Assembly: GCF_001194135.2 (NCBI RefSeq)
Contig: NC_068983.1
Location: forward strand, 71,873,310 to 71,909,839
Source: Octopus bimaculoides
Lineage: Eukaryota
Length of the DNA: 36,530 bases
Direction: 5' to 3'
Both the position numbers and the translations under genes were made by a program. The stretch's first letter is position 1. Each line of letters opens with the position of its first letter. Positions 1 through 11,064 of this stretch are shown piece after piece. Below the pieces are notes generated by a model, which was not told where the DNA came from, made no database searches, and saw only the letters and a list, made by a program, of their open reading frames with translations.

Positions 1-397
1 ATATATATATATATATATAATATAAATCCCATTTTGTGTGTGTGTGTGTGTAAAAGATTATAACGCCCATATTTTCCAACTGATTTTCTCTAAACTGGGA
101 ACATACATTACTTGTTCTAGGGATGGTTTTCAACTCTTAAAATTTTTCACATAATGAGTAACACACCACCTGGTGGTAGAAAACACCCGTTCCTGGGTTA
201 TGTGGATAAGGGAGGTAATTCTTTGTGAAATAACTTCAGAAATTGATTGTCTCCCTCACATCCACTGGTCATTAAAGAAAGTAAAAAAATATTGCTTTTT
301 ATATTAGATTCACGTCTTTGAAAGTATTTTAAAATATTTACTTCCAGTTTTCTAGCGTCAGTGACATCTATATCTCTTTATCTATGTCTCTCTGTCC

Positions 398-435
<38 letters not shown>

Positions 436-636
436 CTATCTCTATATCTACCTATCTCTCTGTATCTATCTGTCTACATCTTATCTAGTTAGCTAGCTCC
501 CTCTCCCTCTCTCTATATATCTTACTCACTTACTATTGTTTCCACTTTCATTTTTCAGATGCTATTGTTTGCATTGTAAGTTATCAATCGCTATTTACAA
601 ACAACAATGACAAATTACTGACAGAAAAAAGTTTAC

Positions 637-988
637 AATTACTGATGAAAGTAATTTCATACATGATTTACTGACAGAAGTAACTTCATAAATTTCACTT
701 CAATCCGTACACTTTGTTAAATTTGCCAGCAAATTTCTTATTTACTTTTGCAACATTTTGTGATTTTTTGTTGTCGATGGAATTACTGATAAAAGTAAGT
801 TCATAATTTACTGACAGAAGTAACTTCAAAAATTTCACTTAAATCTGTACACTTAGTTATCTTCCCTAAAAATTTCCTATTTACATTTGCAATGCTTTTG
901 TCTTTTTCTTTTGTTAATGGCCTTTTCCTGGTTCCTTTAATAGAAGCTCTTTGGTTCACTGACAAATTTCACTTCAACCTGTACAACT
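637..988. repeat. Imperfect direct repeats (about 75 bp, period about 144 bp) upstream of the Helitron ORF
   Basis: TTTACTGACAGAAGTAACTTCA(T/A)AAATTTCACTT(C/A)AATC(C/T)GTACACTT occurs in units at about 637-714 and 781-854, with a partial third copy at about 957-988. Confidence 0.8.
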
Positions 989-1105
989 CTTTATTTTCTT
1001 ATTTACTTTCTGCCCATCGTGTTAAGAAAAATAATTTCCATTACCCAATTATTTTCATTGTTTACTATCTTCTTCACCCATGTATTTCTGTATATGTATA
1101 TAAGC

Positions 1106-1722
1106 ATGCCTAGAAGGAAAGTGCCAAATTTGTCTACAAAAGAATGGCTCTGTCCAGAGAAAGTGAGACAGCTGCAGAAAAGGAAGCATACCAAGAAATA
1201 AACAGACTGTGCACTACAAAAACTAGAGCATCTCAAAGTAATGAACAGAGGTATGCACGGCTGACAAGGAATAGGATCTCCACTGCAGCACGAAGAGCAG
1301 TTGCAACAGCTCAGAGAAGCAACTTCTATGAAGCAGTTTTCAAATATAATCCAGCAGTTCAGTATGCAGATGACACTAGAGTTTCCATTGGTGCAATGAC
1401 AACTGACTGCATTCATTGTAAAGCAAGGAAGTGGCCTGGAGTGACACCTGCACTGTGCTGCAGTGTTGGAAAGGTTAAACTTCCTACAATCTCCCAACCT
1501 TCAGAGCCATTGAAAAAACTATTGTCATCAACTGACCAAGATTCCAAGCACTTACAAAACAAAATTAGACAATACAATGCTGCACTACAGATGACATCAT
1601 TTGGAGCCACAAGAGATATAAATGAACCAGGGTTTCTGCAAATTTTCGAGATTCAAGGTTAGATTTATCATCAGATTGGCTCTCTACTACCTCTGTCAAA
1701 TGAATCACCAAAATTGGCCTTT
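1106..1722 (+). pseudogene. Helitron Rep/Helicase N-terminal remnant (frameshift near the start, in-frame TAG at 1660-1662, truncated before the Rep motifs)
   Basis: ORF 1144-1662 has CIHCKARKWPGVTPALCCSVGKVKLP and IRQYNAALQMTSFGA. Reading through the TAG gives IQG*IYHQIGSLLP. These match the Helitron N-terminal C-x2-C...CC..GK and IQGQIYHRIGSLLP motifs. A probable original start MPRRK at 1106 is in another frame. Confidence 0.87.
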
Positions 1723-2008
1723 CATTGTTTACAATATGTACCTGATTTTTGGGTTATGAAAAAAGCTACACAATACATGTTTTTGAATTACATATATTTA
1801 TGTTGTATATATATATATACATATATGAGTTGAAAACTTTCTTTTAACATTTCACTTAATGTCTTTGTTTCGTGCTGGCATGGGTTGGAAAGTTATTAAT
1901 GTAGAAAGGTTGGTATCTCAGCTACTAGCAGTTGAGACCTGCATAATCTAGATGGTATTTTTAAATTTCATTATTCTCTTCAACCCAGGCAGTGCTGAGT
2001 AGTTATAT

Positions 2009-2067
<59 letters not shown>

Positions 2068-2459
2068 TATATATGTATACAAGATAGATGTTTCTGTCCT
2101 ATTTTCTGTAGTAAAATCATTTATATATTTTTAGAACCTTTGGCCATACTAACTGAACAGATGGAGTATTACATTTACAATGCAAAGAAACTATTGCAAC
2201 ATTACTTTTGACTTTTTTCATATAATTTAAATCATCATATTAAAATTTCCTCAGATGTCACGTTTGCTAAGTTTTGACATATGTGTCAATCTCTTCAACA
2301 TTTCACTTATACATTTTCTGTCTACATTAATTTTTGTTTCCAATGTTTTTTCATGAATTCAAATGCATTCAAATTTCATGTGAAATACACACACATATGC
2401 TTGCACATATTCATGTGTGTGTGTGTGTATGTATATATATGTGTGTGTGTATGTGTGTG

Positions 2460-2508
<49 letters not shown>

Positions 2509-2849
2509 GTATAGAAATACATATATAAATAGATAGATATAATATATAAACACACACACACACACGCACACACAAATGTCTATTTAGCCATTATCCTTTT
2601 CCAGTATCATGATGAAAAGAAATACACAGAGCAACATAAACACAAAGTAAAGAAAGAAAAAATAAAATAATAAAATGGATAATGGCAAACTACACAAATG
2701 CCAAACTCAAGTAGAAATCTAGCAAATATAAGAAAGAAAAAATATATTAAAAAAGGAGAAAAGGATTAAAATAATGGTTAAAATTGTTAAATTAAAAGTC
2801 AAACTATGCAAAATTGAAGAATTTGATATCTTGCACTAAAATTCTTGTA

Positions 2850-3066
2850 CAAGGCAGCGCTGAAAAGTTCTTGGCCTTGGGTAAAAGAAAATACAGGATG
2901 ATCAGTTAATTATGATTTTATTCAACATATTTTACTCTCAGATTCACACTCTCATTGCAGAGGTCCTTCAGTTTTTCTAAGCTCTTTAAAAGAATTCAGA
3001 AGGTTAGGCCGCCAACCAGGCCTTTCACAATGCCCTTAAAGCTAGGAATTTTTCAGCACCCCTTCA
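2850..3066 (-). mobile_element. Mariner-derived MITE with TA target-site duplication
   Basis: TA at 2848-2849 and 3067-3068. About 28-bp imperfect TIRs: CAAGGCAGCGCTGAAAAGTTCTTGGC and AAAGCTAGGAATTTTTCAGCACCCCCTTCA. The minus strand keeps a mariner C-terminus-like peptide, LEKLKDLCNESVNLRVKYVE*. Confidence 0.85.
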
Positions 3067-3179
3067 TAAATGATTGAGAAAAGAAAGTAATTGAGACTGC
3101 ATCAGTTTGTGTGTGTGTGTGCATGCATGTGTGTGTGTGTGCATGCATGTGTGTAATGTGTGCCTGTGTGTTTGTGCCT

Positions 3180-3218
<39 letters not shown>

Positions 3219-3574
3219 GTTTGAATGCATGAATGACAAGTTGGATTGAAAGAAAACTTGGGTATACCCATACTTCCTAGCATACACGTCAACATAATAT
3301 ATAGTGTAAGCATGCAGTGTAAACATTCAAACATCACTATATTTCCAAATCCTGTTGCACTTCACATGATCTTGATGTGCAAGTTAACTTACTTTTTGGG
3401 ACTGTGAAGTTTGGTTTAAAATATTTGACTTGTATGTTAAGGACTTCCGACTGAGTTTTCTCCTTGGCTCTATGTGTGGTGAAACCTGTGGGACCACTAA
3501 TTTAGTATAATTCCAGCCTCATCAACCAAGAGCATGAAGCAGTAAGCAGCAGCAGCAGTAAGCAACCAGAAAAT

Positions 3575-3890
3575 ATGATAAGAGGAAACAGTTGGAGTGT
3601 GTAAGAAAGATGACTACACTGGCATGGTCAAATAATGTATGTGAATGATAATGGATGGGTCAAGTAGTACCAGAAGATTCATGGGGAAGGGACCAACTGA
3701 AGAAGAAAACCAATAACAAGATGAAAGAAGTGGTGAAAGTTGATCCCAGGATGTGGAACCTAACAAAGGAGATACTAAGGGAAAGCCACAAGAGGTGAGA
3801 TGTTATTCAGGAAATGACTTGTCCAACTCATACAAGAATAGAAAAACATATGTAAAAAGAACGATGATAATGATGATGATGATAGTAATG
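3575..3890 (+). mobile_element. Old 5'-truncated RTE-clade LINE 3' end
   Basis: Decayed peptides RLHWHGQIMYVNDNGWVK and EVVKVDPRMWNLTKE are RTE ORF C-terminus-like, followed by a TGTCCAACTCATAC...(GAT)n tail. Confidence 0.6.
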
Positions 3891-3937
3891 ATGATGGTGA
3901 CTATATAACAATGACATTATTGACTTTTGGTGCTGAT

Positions 3938-4500
3938 GTGGCTGTGTAGTAGAGAAGCTTGCTTCCCAACCATCTGGGCTTGGGTTCAGTCTGACTGTGT
4001 GGAAACTTGTGTAAGTGTCTCCAGGACAACCAAAGCTTTGTGAGTGGATTTGGTAGATGGAAACTCAAGGAAGTCCATTATATATATATATATATATATA
4101 TATACATTATTAGTATGATCTCATAAGGGCATATAAGTATGACATTTTTTAAAGAGGAATTTTCCTCCACTGTTAGTTTAAATTAGGCTTGGTAGTAGTA
4201 AACCATTACATTCTTCAATGAGATGTTTTTCTCAACTGTTTGTTTGCTTGGGTAAAATTCAGAAGCAGCAGCACCAGTGTTTATATGTATATATGTATAT
4301 GTATATATGTATATGTGTGTGTTTGTGTTTGTCCTTTGTTACCACTTGACCACCACTGCTTACATTCATTTAACTTAGTGGTTTGGCAAAAGATACTCAG
4401 GCTTAAAAAAATATCAGGGTCATTTTCTTTGATGAAGCTTTCAAGGTAGTGCCTCAGTATGGCTGCAGTCAAATGACTGGATCATGTAAAAGACAAAAGA
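3938..4500 (+). mobile_element. tRNA/CORE SINE (head 3938-4080) with CR1-type tail module (about 4315-4500), interrupted by about 200 bp
   Basis: The head GTGGCTGTGTAGT...GGTTCAGTC matches the copies at 31831-31988 and 34077-34226. The distal part matches 31581-31790 in reverse and ends GGTAGTGCCTCAGTATGGCTGCAGTCAAATGACTG. Confidence 0.7.
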
Positions 4501-4791
4501 TGAAAGATATATACATACATATACATATATTTGTATATAAGCATGCACACACACACACACACACATACACACACACATATACAAACTCACACATAAGCAA
4601 ACACATACATATTTAAATATTATAGAAGTAAATACTTTACAGTTCTATTGAAAATATTTCTTTTGAGCAAAATTAGAAGAGAGCTTGATACATGCCAAAA
4701 AACAAATCAATAAAAGAGCAATAATATATTGATATATAAGTACAGCCGAGAAGAATACACACACAAACACACACACACACATGCATACACA

Positions 4792-5133
4792 CCTGCTGAG
4801 ACTCCCTTCAGTCATGACTGACCATGGGATTGCACCTAGAAAGTTACCCTCCCAGGCACAAGTCCAGACAAGGTTGTTTATGGAAGACCAGCAGTCACCC
4901 AGGCATACTAGCCTCCCCTCTTCACACCACCAGTGTTATCCAAGGGAAAGGCAAAGGCCGATACAGCTTGGTACCTGTGACGTCACAACTCATTTCCACA
5001 GCTGAGTGAACTGGAGCAACGTGAAATAAAGTGTCTTGTTCAAGAACACAACATGCAGCCCGGTCTGGGATTCGAACTCACAACCTCACGATCCTAAGCT
5101 CGATGCCCTAACAACTGAGCCATGCGCATTCAC
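4792..5133 (-). mobile_element. tRNA-derived CORE-type SINE (second head type) with its own tail
   Basis: Minus strand: GTGAATGCGCATGGCTCAGTTGTTAGGG (A box) and GAGTTCGAATCCC (B box), then TGTGTTCTTGAACAAGACACTT (CORE-like). Head and core are shared with the copies at 17529, 21133 and 23046. Confidence 0.85.
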
Positions 5134-5189
5134 TTTTGAAAATATTTCTTTTGAGCACACACACATACACATATTTATACATATGTATA

Positions 5190-5739
5190 TCATTATCATT
5201 ATCATTTAGCATCTGTTTTCCATGTTGGCATGGTTTAAATGGTTTGACTGGAACTGATAAGCCTGAGAGCCGTGCCAGGCTCCAGTCTGATTTTGGCTTG
5301 GTTTTTACAACTGGATGTCCTTCCTAACACCAACCACACCAAGAGAGTAGTGGGCGCCTTTTATGTGTTACCAGCACTGTCCATGACTACGATTTCATGT
5401 GGCCTGACAAGTCTTCTCAAGCACAGCAAACTGCCAAAGGTCCTGATCATTTGTCATCACCTCCATGAAACTCAGCATCTGAAGATCATACCTCACCACC
5501 TTGTCCCATGTCTTCCTGGGTCTCCCACACTCACAGGTTCCCTCCACAGTTAGTGATCGGTACTTCTTTACACAGCTGTCCCTGTCCATACACATCACAT
5601 GACCATACCAGCACAGTTATCTCTCTTGCACAACACTTCTGATGCCTCTTATGCCCAATTTTTCTCTCAAAATGCTTACACTCTGTCATACTTGCACACT
5701 GATATTGCACATCCAGCAAAGCATACTAGCTTCATTTCT
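5190..5739 (-). mobile_element. 5'-truncated RTE-clade LINE 3' end (ORF C-terminus plus 3' UTR)
   Basis: Minus strand translates to NEASMLCWMCNISV...LREKLGIRGIR...WYGHVMCMDRDSCVKK...GRPRKTWDKVVRYDL...WQFAVLEKT. The 3' UTR ends in a (GAT/GATAAT)n tail. This shows that the repeats at 15888, 24744, 27433 and 34658 are RTE 3' UTRs. Confidence 0.88.
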
Positions 5740-6006
5740 ATGTATATGCATGTGTGTGTGTGTGTGGGTGGGTGGGTGTACATGTGTGGGTGTACACGTG
5801 TGTGTGTGTGTATAGAGATCACAAAAGTGACAGTGGGTACTAACTACCACCACTTTTCCAAAAGATAAGAGTTAGAATAACTCAAAAGCAACTATTGTCA
5901 CTTTTGTGACCTCTGTTAATTTTGCCTTTAGGTTCTAATTGCTAATAAACCACCCTTTTTAACTTATATATCTATATAATATAAATAATATATATATGTA
6001 TACACA

Positions 6007-6052
<46 letters not shown>

Positions 6053-6824
6053 NNNNNNNNNNNNNNNNNNNNNNNNNNNNNNNNNNNNNNNNNNNNNNNN
6101 NNNNNNNNNNNNNNNNNNNNNNNNNNNNNNNNNNNNNNNNNNNNNNNNNNNNNNNNNNNNNNNNNNNNNNNNNNNNNNNNNNNNNNNNNNNNNNNNNNNN
6201 NNNNNNNNNNNNNNNNNNNNNNNNNNNNNNNNNNNNNNNNNNNNNNNNNNNNNNNNNNNNNNNNNNNNNNNNNNNNNNNNNNNNNNNNNNNNNNNNNNNN
6301 NNNNNNNNNNNNNNNNNNNNNNNNNNNNNNNNNNNNNNNNNNNNNNNNNNNNNNNNNNNNNNNNNNNNNNNNNNNNNNNNNNNNNNNNNNNNNNNNNNNN
6401 NNNNNNNNNNNNNNNNNNNNNNNNNNNNNNNNNNNNNNNNNNNNNNNNNNNNNNNNNNNNNNNNNNNNNNNNNNNNNNNNNNNNNNNNNNNNNNNNNNNN
6501 NNNNNNNNNNNNNNNNNNNNNNNNNNNNNNNNNNNNNNNNNNNNNNNNNNNNNNNNNNNNNNNNNNNNNNNNNNNNNNNNNNNNNNNNNNNNNNNNNNNN
6601 NNNNNNNNNNNNNNNNNNNNNNNNNNNNNNNNNNNNNNNNNNNNNNNNNNNNNNNNNNNNNNNNNNNNNNNNNNNNNNNNNNNNNNNNNNNNNNNNNNNN
6701 NNNNNNNNNNNNNNNNNNNNNNNNNNNNNNNNNNNNNNNNNNNNNNNNNNNNNNNNNNNNNNNNNNNNNNNNNNNNNNNNNNNNNNNNNNNNNNNNNNNN
6801 NNNNNNNNNNNNNNNNNNNNNNNN
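6053..6824. other. Assembly gap (one of eight)
   Basis: N runs at 6053-6824, 7668-7778, 14545-15326, 16529-17127, 21381-22103, 22966-22975, 23510-23625 and 32795-33246, most flanked by microsatellites. Confidence 0.99.
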
Positions 6825-7624
6825 ACACACAGAGAGAAATGCTTAGCTTAGTTAAAATATGTTTGTAACTTTAACCTCTGAAGAAAAATTTATTGCAGTT
6901 ACCTTGAAGAAAAAAATTCTCTCTTATGGTAAAAAGTGTAAAAACACCATATCTGCTATGCTTCCTTCTAGCACATTCCCACATGCATTTCTGGCTCTTT
7001 GGTCATGTATTCTGTCTGCCTTTCATTTTCCCATTCACTCATCCAACATCATGTCATTTTCCCTTGTTCTTCTCCTGTCTACTGTTTCGTCATTGCTATA
7101 CTACTGCTCTGCACTGTCAGTCATCTTTTTCCCTATCATTTCTGCTTCCTCTGCCACACTCATTTCCACTCACCTCATATCCCAAAGGTTCACTTTAACG
7201 CCTCATCATTATTTTTTATCGCTATCCAGCCAATTCAATCTTTCTCCTAAAATATGAGTAGTCATGTAGCTCCTCTACAGAAATCTATTCTGCTCTGGTC
7301 CCTTTTCTCATATTCTCACAACTCTTTTACCCCTCATGTCCTTGCATAAAGTTGCACAATTAGGGTTTGTAGTCTTGCAAGCTGCTAGACAGCTTCACAA
7401 GTGTTGGTGATATGGCTGATTCAGAAAGGGCATCCAGCCATAGAAGCCATATCAAAAAGGGGGTAAAAAAAATGGAGCATGATGTAGTACTTGGACCCTT
7501 CAGATCTTGTCGCACCATCCAGCTTATGGAACATAGTCATTAAACAGCAATAATGATGATGATCGTGATGCTGCTGCTGCTGATGACGATGGTGATTATA
7601 TATATGTGTATGTATGCATACATT

Positions 7625-7666
<42 letters not shown>

Positions 7667-8022
7667 TNNNNNNNNNNNNNNNNNNNNNNNNNNNNNNNNN
7701 NNNNNNNNNNNNNNNNNNNNNNNNNNNNNNNNNNNNNNNNNNNNNNNNNNNNNNNNNNNNNNNNNNNNNNNNNNNNNNTATATATATAGACACACATACA
7801 TACAAACATCCACCCATCCATCCATCCATCCATACATACATACATACATACTTTCATTCATACATACATACATACATACAATCATGCATGCGTATACACA
7901 AGTGGATGTTCAAAAGATCCATATGTGAAGAATAATTGAATTGAATAAACCTTAAAAAAATTGTATTCACTTTTTATTATTTTTTTCTATAAATGTATAT
8001 TTATATTTGTGATTGAGTGTGT

Positions 8023-8061
<39 letters not shown>

Positions 8062-8427
8062 TGTATTAACAATTATAAATATATATTTCAGAGAGAAAGA
8101 GAGACAAAAAGAGAAACATACAAATAGACAGACAGACAGACAGATAGACAAACAGACAAATAGTCAGACAAGCAGCCAATTACCAAAATTTAGAGGAGTA
8201 AGTTCATCTAGTGTAGTTGGTAGGTTATTATTTTGACATTGCATCACCACAGTGGAACCAACTGAATGGTTGGAGCAATGCCAGCCATAATTACTCTTTA
8301 TTAAAATGTCTATATTTGAAATAAACATTCATAACAACAGCAACAAGAATGGCAGCAGCAGCAACAAAAACAACGATGGCTTTTTTTTTTATTAGCCTCG
8401 TGAACTCAAAGTGTGACAAAACATACA

Positions 8428-8902
8428 GGCAGAGTTTTGGATCAGGATGCCCACATAAGTTTTGACAGAGAATTTCCTGGTTTTTTTTTTTTACCACTAC
8501 CTGCAAAACGATGGGGTGGGGGCATCTTTTTATGAAAAATATGTTTGAAAGTTTGTGATTTTTTGTCACCACTCCGATCCTCCAGACCAGTTTTGACCAA
8601 TTTTTTTGGTACTACACAATTAAAAAACCATGGGAGAAGGCTTTTCAGTAAATATTTTCAGACAAAAAAGTGTGTGATTTAAGGGAGATTTGGCTGTTAT
8701 TTCTCGCACATCCCACAACCACCTTCCTTGTGTCTTTACCACTCTCACAGATTATTTTTATTTTTCAAAAATTGTTCTCATAAAACGATGCCCCCCTCCC
8801 CCAATCATTTCAAAGGCCGTGGCGAAAAAAAAAAATCAGGAAATTCCTCATCAAAATGAGAAAATTCCAACTTACGTGGGTGTCCTGATCCAAAACTCTG
8901 TC
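8428..8902. mobile_element. MITE/foldback element with long imperfect terminal inverted repeats (about 120-140 bp)
   Basis: The left end GGCAGAGTTTTGGATCAGGATGCCCACATAAG...GAATTTCCTGG(T)n...GGGGGCATCTTTTTATG is the reverse complement of the right end CATAAAACGATGCCCCCC...(A)nTCAGGAAATTCC...CTTACGTGGGTGTCCTGATCCAAAACTCTGTC. No clear TSD. Confidence 0.8.
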
Positions 8903-9026
8903 AACATAGGGAGTTACAAGAAAAAAAAAAAATATTGAATATGAGAACAATTGACAAATATGATGGGAGGTTTTGAGAGATGTTATACAATACATGGAAG
9001 GTCATATTAATATTTTAAAGGTTCAC

Positions 9027-9060
9027 AGGAGTGGCTGTGTGGTAACTTGCTTACCAACCA
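9027..9060 (+). mobile_element. Isolated 5' head fragment of the tRNA/CORE SINE
   Basis: CAGGAGTGGCTGTGTGGTAACTTGCTTACCAACCA matches the head of the 31988 copy apart from a small deletion. Confidence 0.65.
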
Positions 9061-9344
9061 GAGTTATTGTAGAAGAAACCATGTGGTGAAAAATTGCAAT
9101 GTCAACAAGTGGCTGTGTGTGAAAAGAAAACAATTTCACTTTGAAACAAAACTGCTTCATATAAGAACAATGATTGCAATTTTTACCTCTTAGGAATAAG
9201 TATCCTATTCATTTTGTTTATTTTGTTTCCTCCTTTTTATTTTTTCCCTTTGGTGTTACCAGATGAAAAAAAATTTGAATTTAAGAGGTATAATTTGCTT
9301 CCAGCTCTCTGTTTGAAAAAATTTTAAGGCAACAAATTTGTCAT

Positions 9345-10070
9345 GAAACTTCTTTTTTCTCGCTATCATCATTTTTCATGTAACTTCTTGCTCTCTCACC
9401 GCAGCTCTTCTTGTTTTATACCCTCTCTTTTGGCCTTTGCCTCATATCTTCATTACCTGCTCTTCTCTCCTTTTTATCATCCTCCTTTTCTTTCCTCTTT
9501 CTCCCTCTTTTTCATATCATTCTCTTTTCCTCTCTTTCTTTCTTCTTGCTATTTCCTGTAACTTCTCACGCACAGCGGCCTTTCTTGTTCCATGACCTTT
9601 GTTTTTCTCTTTCCTTCATATTTTCTTTACCTGTTCTTCCTCTCTCACTTTCATATCTTCCTCTTTTTCTCCCCTCTCTCCCTCACTTTGTCTCTCCTTC
9701 ACTCTGTCTCTCCCTCCCTTTCATATCTTTCTCCATTTCCTGCCTCGCTCTCCCTCATATATTTCTTGTTTCCTATCTCTCCCTCATATATTTCTCTTTT
9801 TCCCTTATCTCCTCCTCACTCTATCTCTCCCTTTCCATCATATATTCTTCACTCACTCCTCTCTCTCCCTCACTCTGTCTCTCTCTTTCTCTTCCCTTTC
9901 TTCTCTCTCCCTCTGTCTCCCTATCACTCCATACCCCCTTTCTCTCTCCTTCATATCATCTTCTCTCTTTCCTTCTCCCTATCACTTCATACTCCCTTTT
10001 CTCTTTCCTTTATATCTTCCTCTCTACCTCTCTGTCTCTCTCACTTCCTCTCTATTCTCCCACCCCCTCT
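9345..10070. repeat. About 730-bp polypyrimidine (C/T-rich) tract, likely a decayed minisatellite
   Basis: Very few G on the plus strand. A TCATAT motif recurs about ten times at irregular spacing (about 30-110 bp). Confidence 0.85.
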
Positions 10071-10087
10071 GGGCTTAGAAAACGAAG

Positions 10088-11045
10088 ATGGCACCAAAGT
10101 GGGATAGCAAGGAACTGAAACTTCTGTTGTGAGCATGGGTATTTGCAAGTGGTGACCCACCAAACGACATAATTACTACTGCACTGAAGAACAATGGTTT
10201 CTGTAGAATCATTGAGCAGGTAGAATGGAAGAAAAATAAATTCATCTGCTCCTATGCCCTTATTAGACCACATGTTGACGCTCTTGATGTCATCATGGAA
10301 AATAACAGTAGCAAAGCTGATAGGGATAGGGAAGATGAAACCAGAATTAGACATCCTGCTGATCCAGTGGTCCCATAAAAGAATGGATCCCTCACCCCCG
10401 TGAACAACCAGGCTGATAAGGACAGGGAAGTTGAAGCAGCAACAACTAGAAGTCCCTCTGTGTAAGTGGTCCTATAAAGGAATGGAGCCCTCACTCCATT
10501 TGACAACTAGAGGAATGCAAGTGCTACCACCAGTAAAAGAAGGAAAGACCATGAGCACAAACATAAAGAAGGAAGGAGAGAGAAAGGAAAAGGAAAAAAA
10601 AAATGAAGCAACTAAAACTGAAACACAAAACCACCAAACAAAAAACAGAAAACAACTCAAATATGGAGGCTCCAATGGAATCTGAAATTCTAAAGGAGAG
10701 AAAAAATTTGGAGTGAAGTCAAGGACATGCAAATATGACCTGCAAGGCAAATGTTGGCATGGGGAAAATGGTACAAACTGCTGGTTTGTTCACTTGAGAC
10801 CCTGCTAAAACTGTAGGGGCCTTAAGGAGAAATACTTCCCCGAGGAAAGGCACCAATTGTCTCCAAAGAGAAAGTATACAAATGCAATGCACTCTTCAGA
10901 TGTTATGCACAAGGAAGCAGCTGAGCAAGAGTCTTTTTTGTGCATGGCACAAAAGATTGTGCAGCAGCTAACCTCGCTACATCAAGCACAAACATGGAAC
11001 CTTGTCCACCACTGTGCAAGATCATCACAATCAACAGACACGTGA
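10088..11045 (+). pseudogene. LINE ORF1 remnant with a CCCH zinc finger
   Basis: ATG at 10088 (MAPKWDSKELKLLL). CKYDLQGKCWHGENGTNCWFVH at 10728-10793 is C-x7-C-x8-C-x3-H. Several stops and frameshifts. Confidence 0.65.
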
Positions 11046-11064
11046 TGGCCTCCCCTAACGCCTG

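Larger units (their letters stand above)
1..2005 (+). mobile_element. Probable extent of an internally deleted Helitron
   Basis: The 5' region has a (TA)n-TATAAA-(GT)n layout like non-autonomous Helitrons. The candidate 3' hairpin CCCAGGCAGTGCTGAGT (about 1984-2000) resembles a CpG-decayed CCCGGGCAACGCCGGGT and is followed by AGT. The ends are inferred, and no clean CTAG terminus is visible. Confidence 0.4.

Noticed and set aside
1003-1497. Cys-rich 164-aa minus-strand ORF
   Set aside because: It is the antisense shadow of the Helitron coding frame.
2281-2573. YI/CV/HT-repeat ORFs (also 3053-3337, 7421-7935, 27621-28053, 35600-36054)
   Set aside because: These are translations of (AT)n, (GT)n and (ATGT)n microsatellites.
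5964-6868. Long ORFs spanning N runs (also 14506-15493, 16397-17245, 21286-22278, 23386-23746, 32601-33342)
   Set aside because: They are artefacts of translating assembly gaps as X.
6859-7257. 132-aa hydrophobic ORF
   Set aside because: The sequence is pyrimidine-skewed with overlapping ORFs in all three frames and no motif; it is probably an old repeat remnant that I could not assign.
9263-9287. Other microexon-like sites (plus-strand 9263-9287 and about 22547-22590; minus strand near 20670-20690)
   Set aside because: They have plausible splice signals but no recognisable peptide and inconsistent strands, which shows how easily such sites arise by chance here.
9343-10118. Hydrophobic S/L/F/P-rich ORFs up to 235 aa that resemble membrane proteins
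   Set aside because: The pyrimidine tract cannot easily form stop codons; all three plus frames are open and no domain is recognisable.
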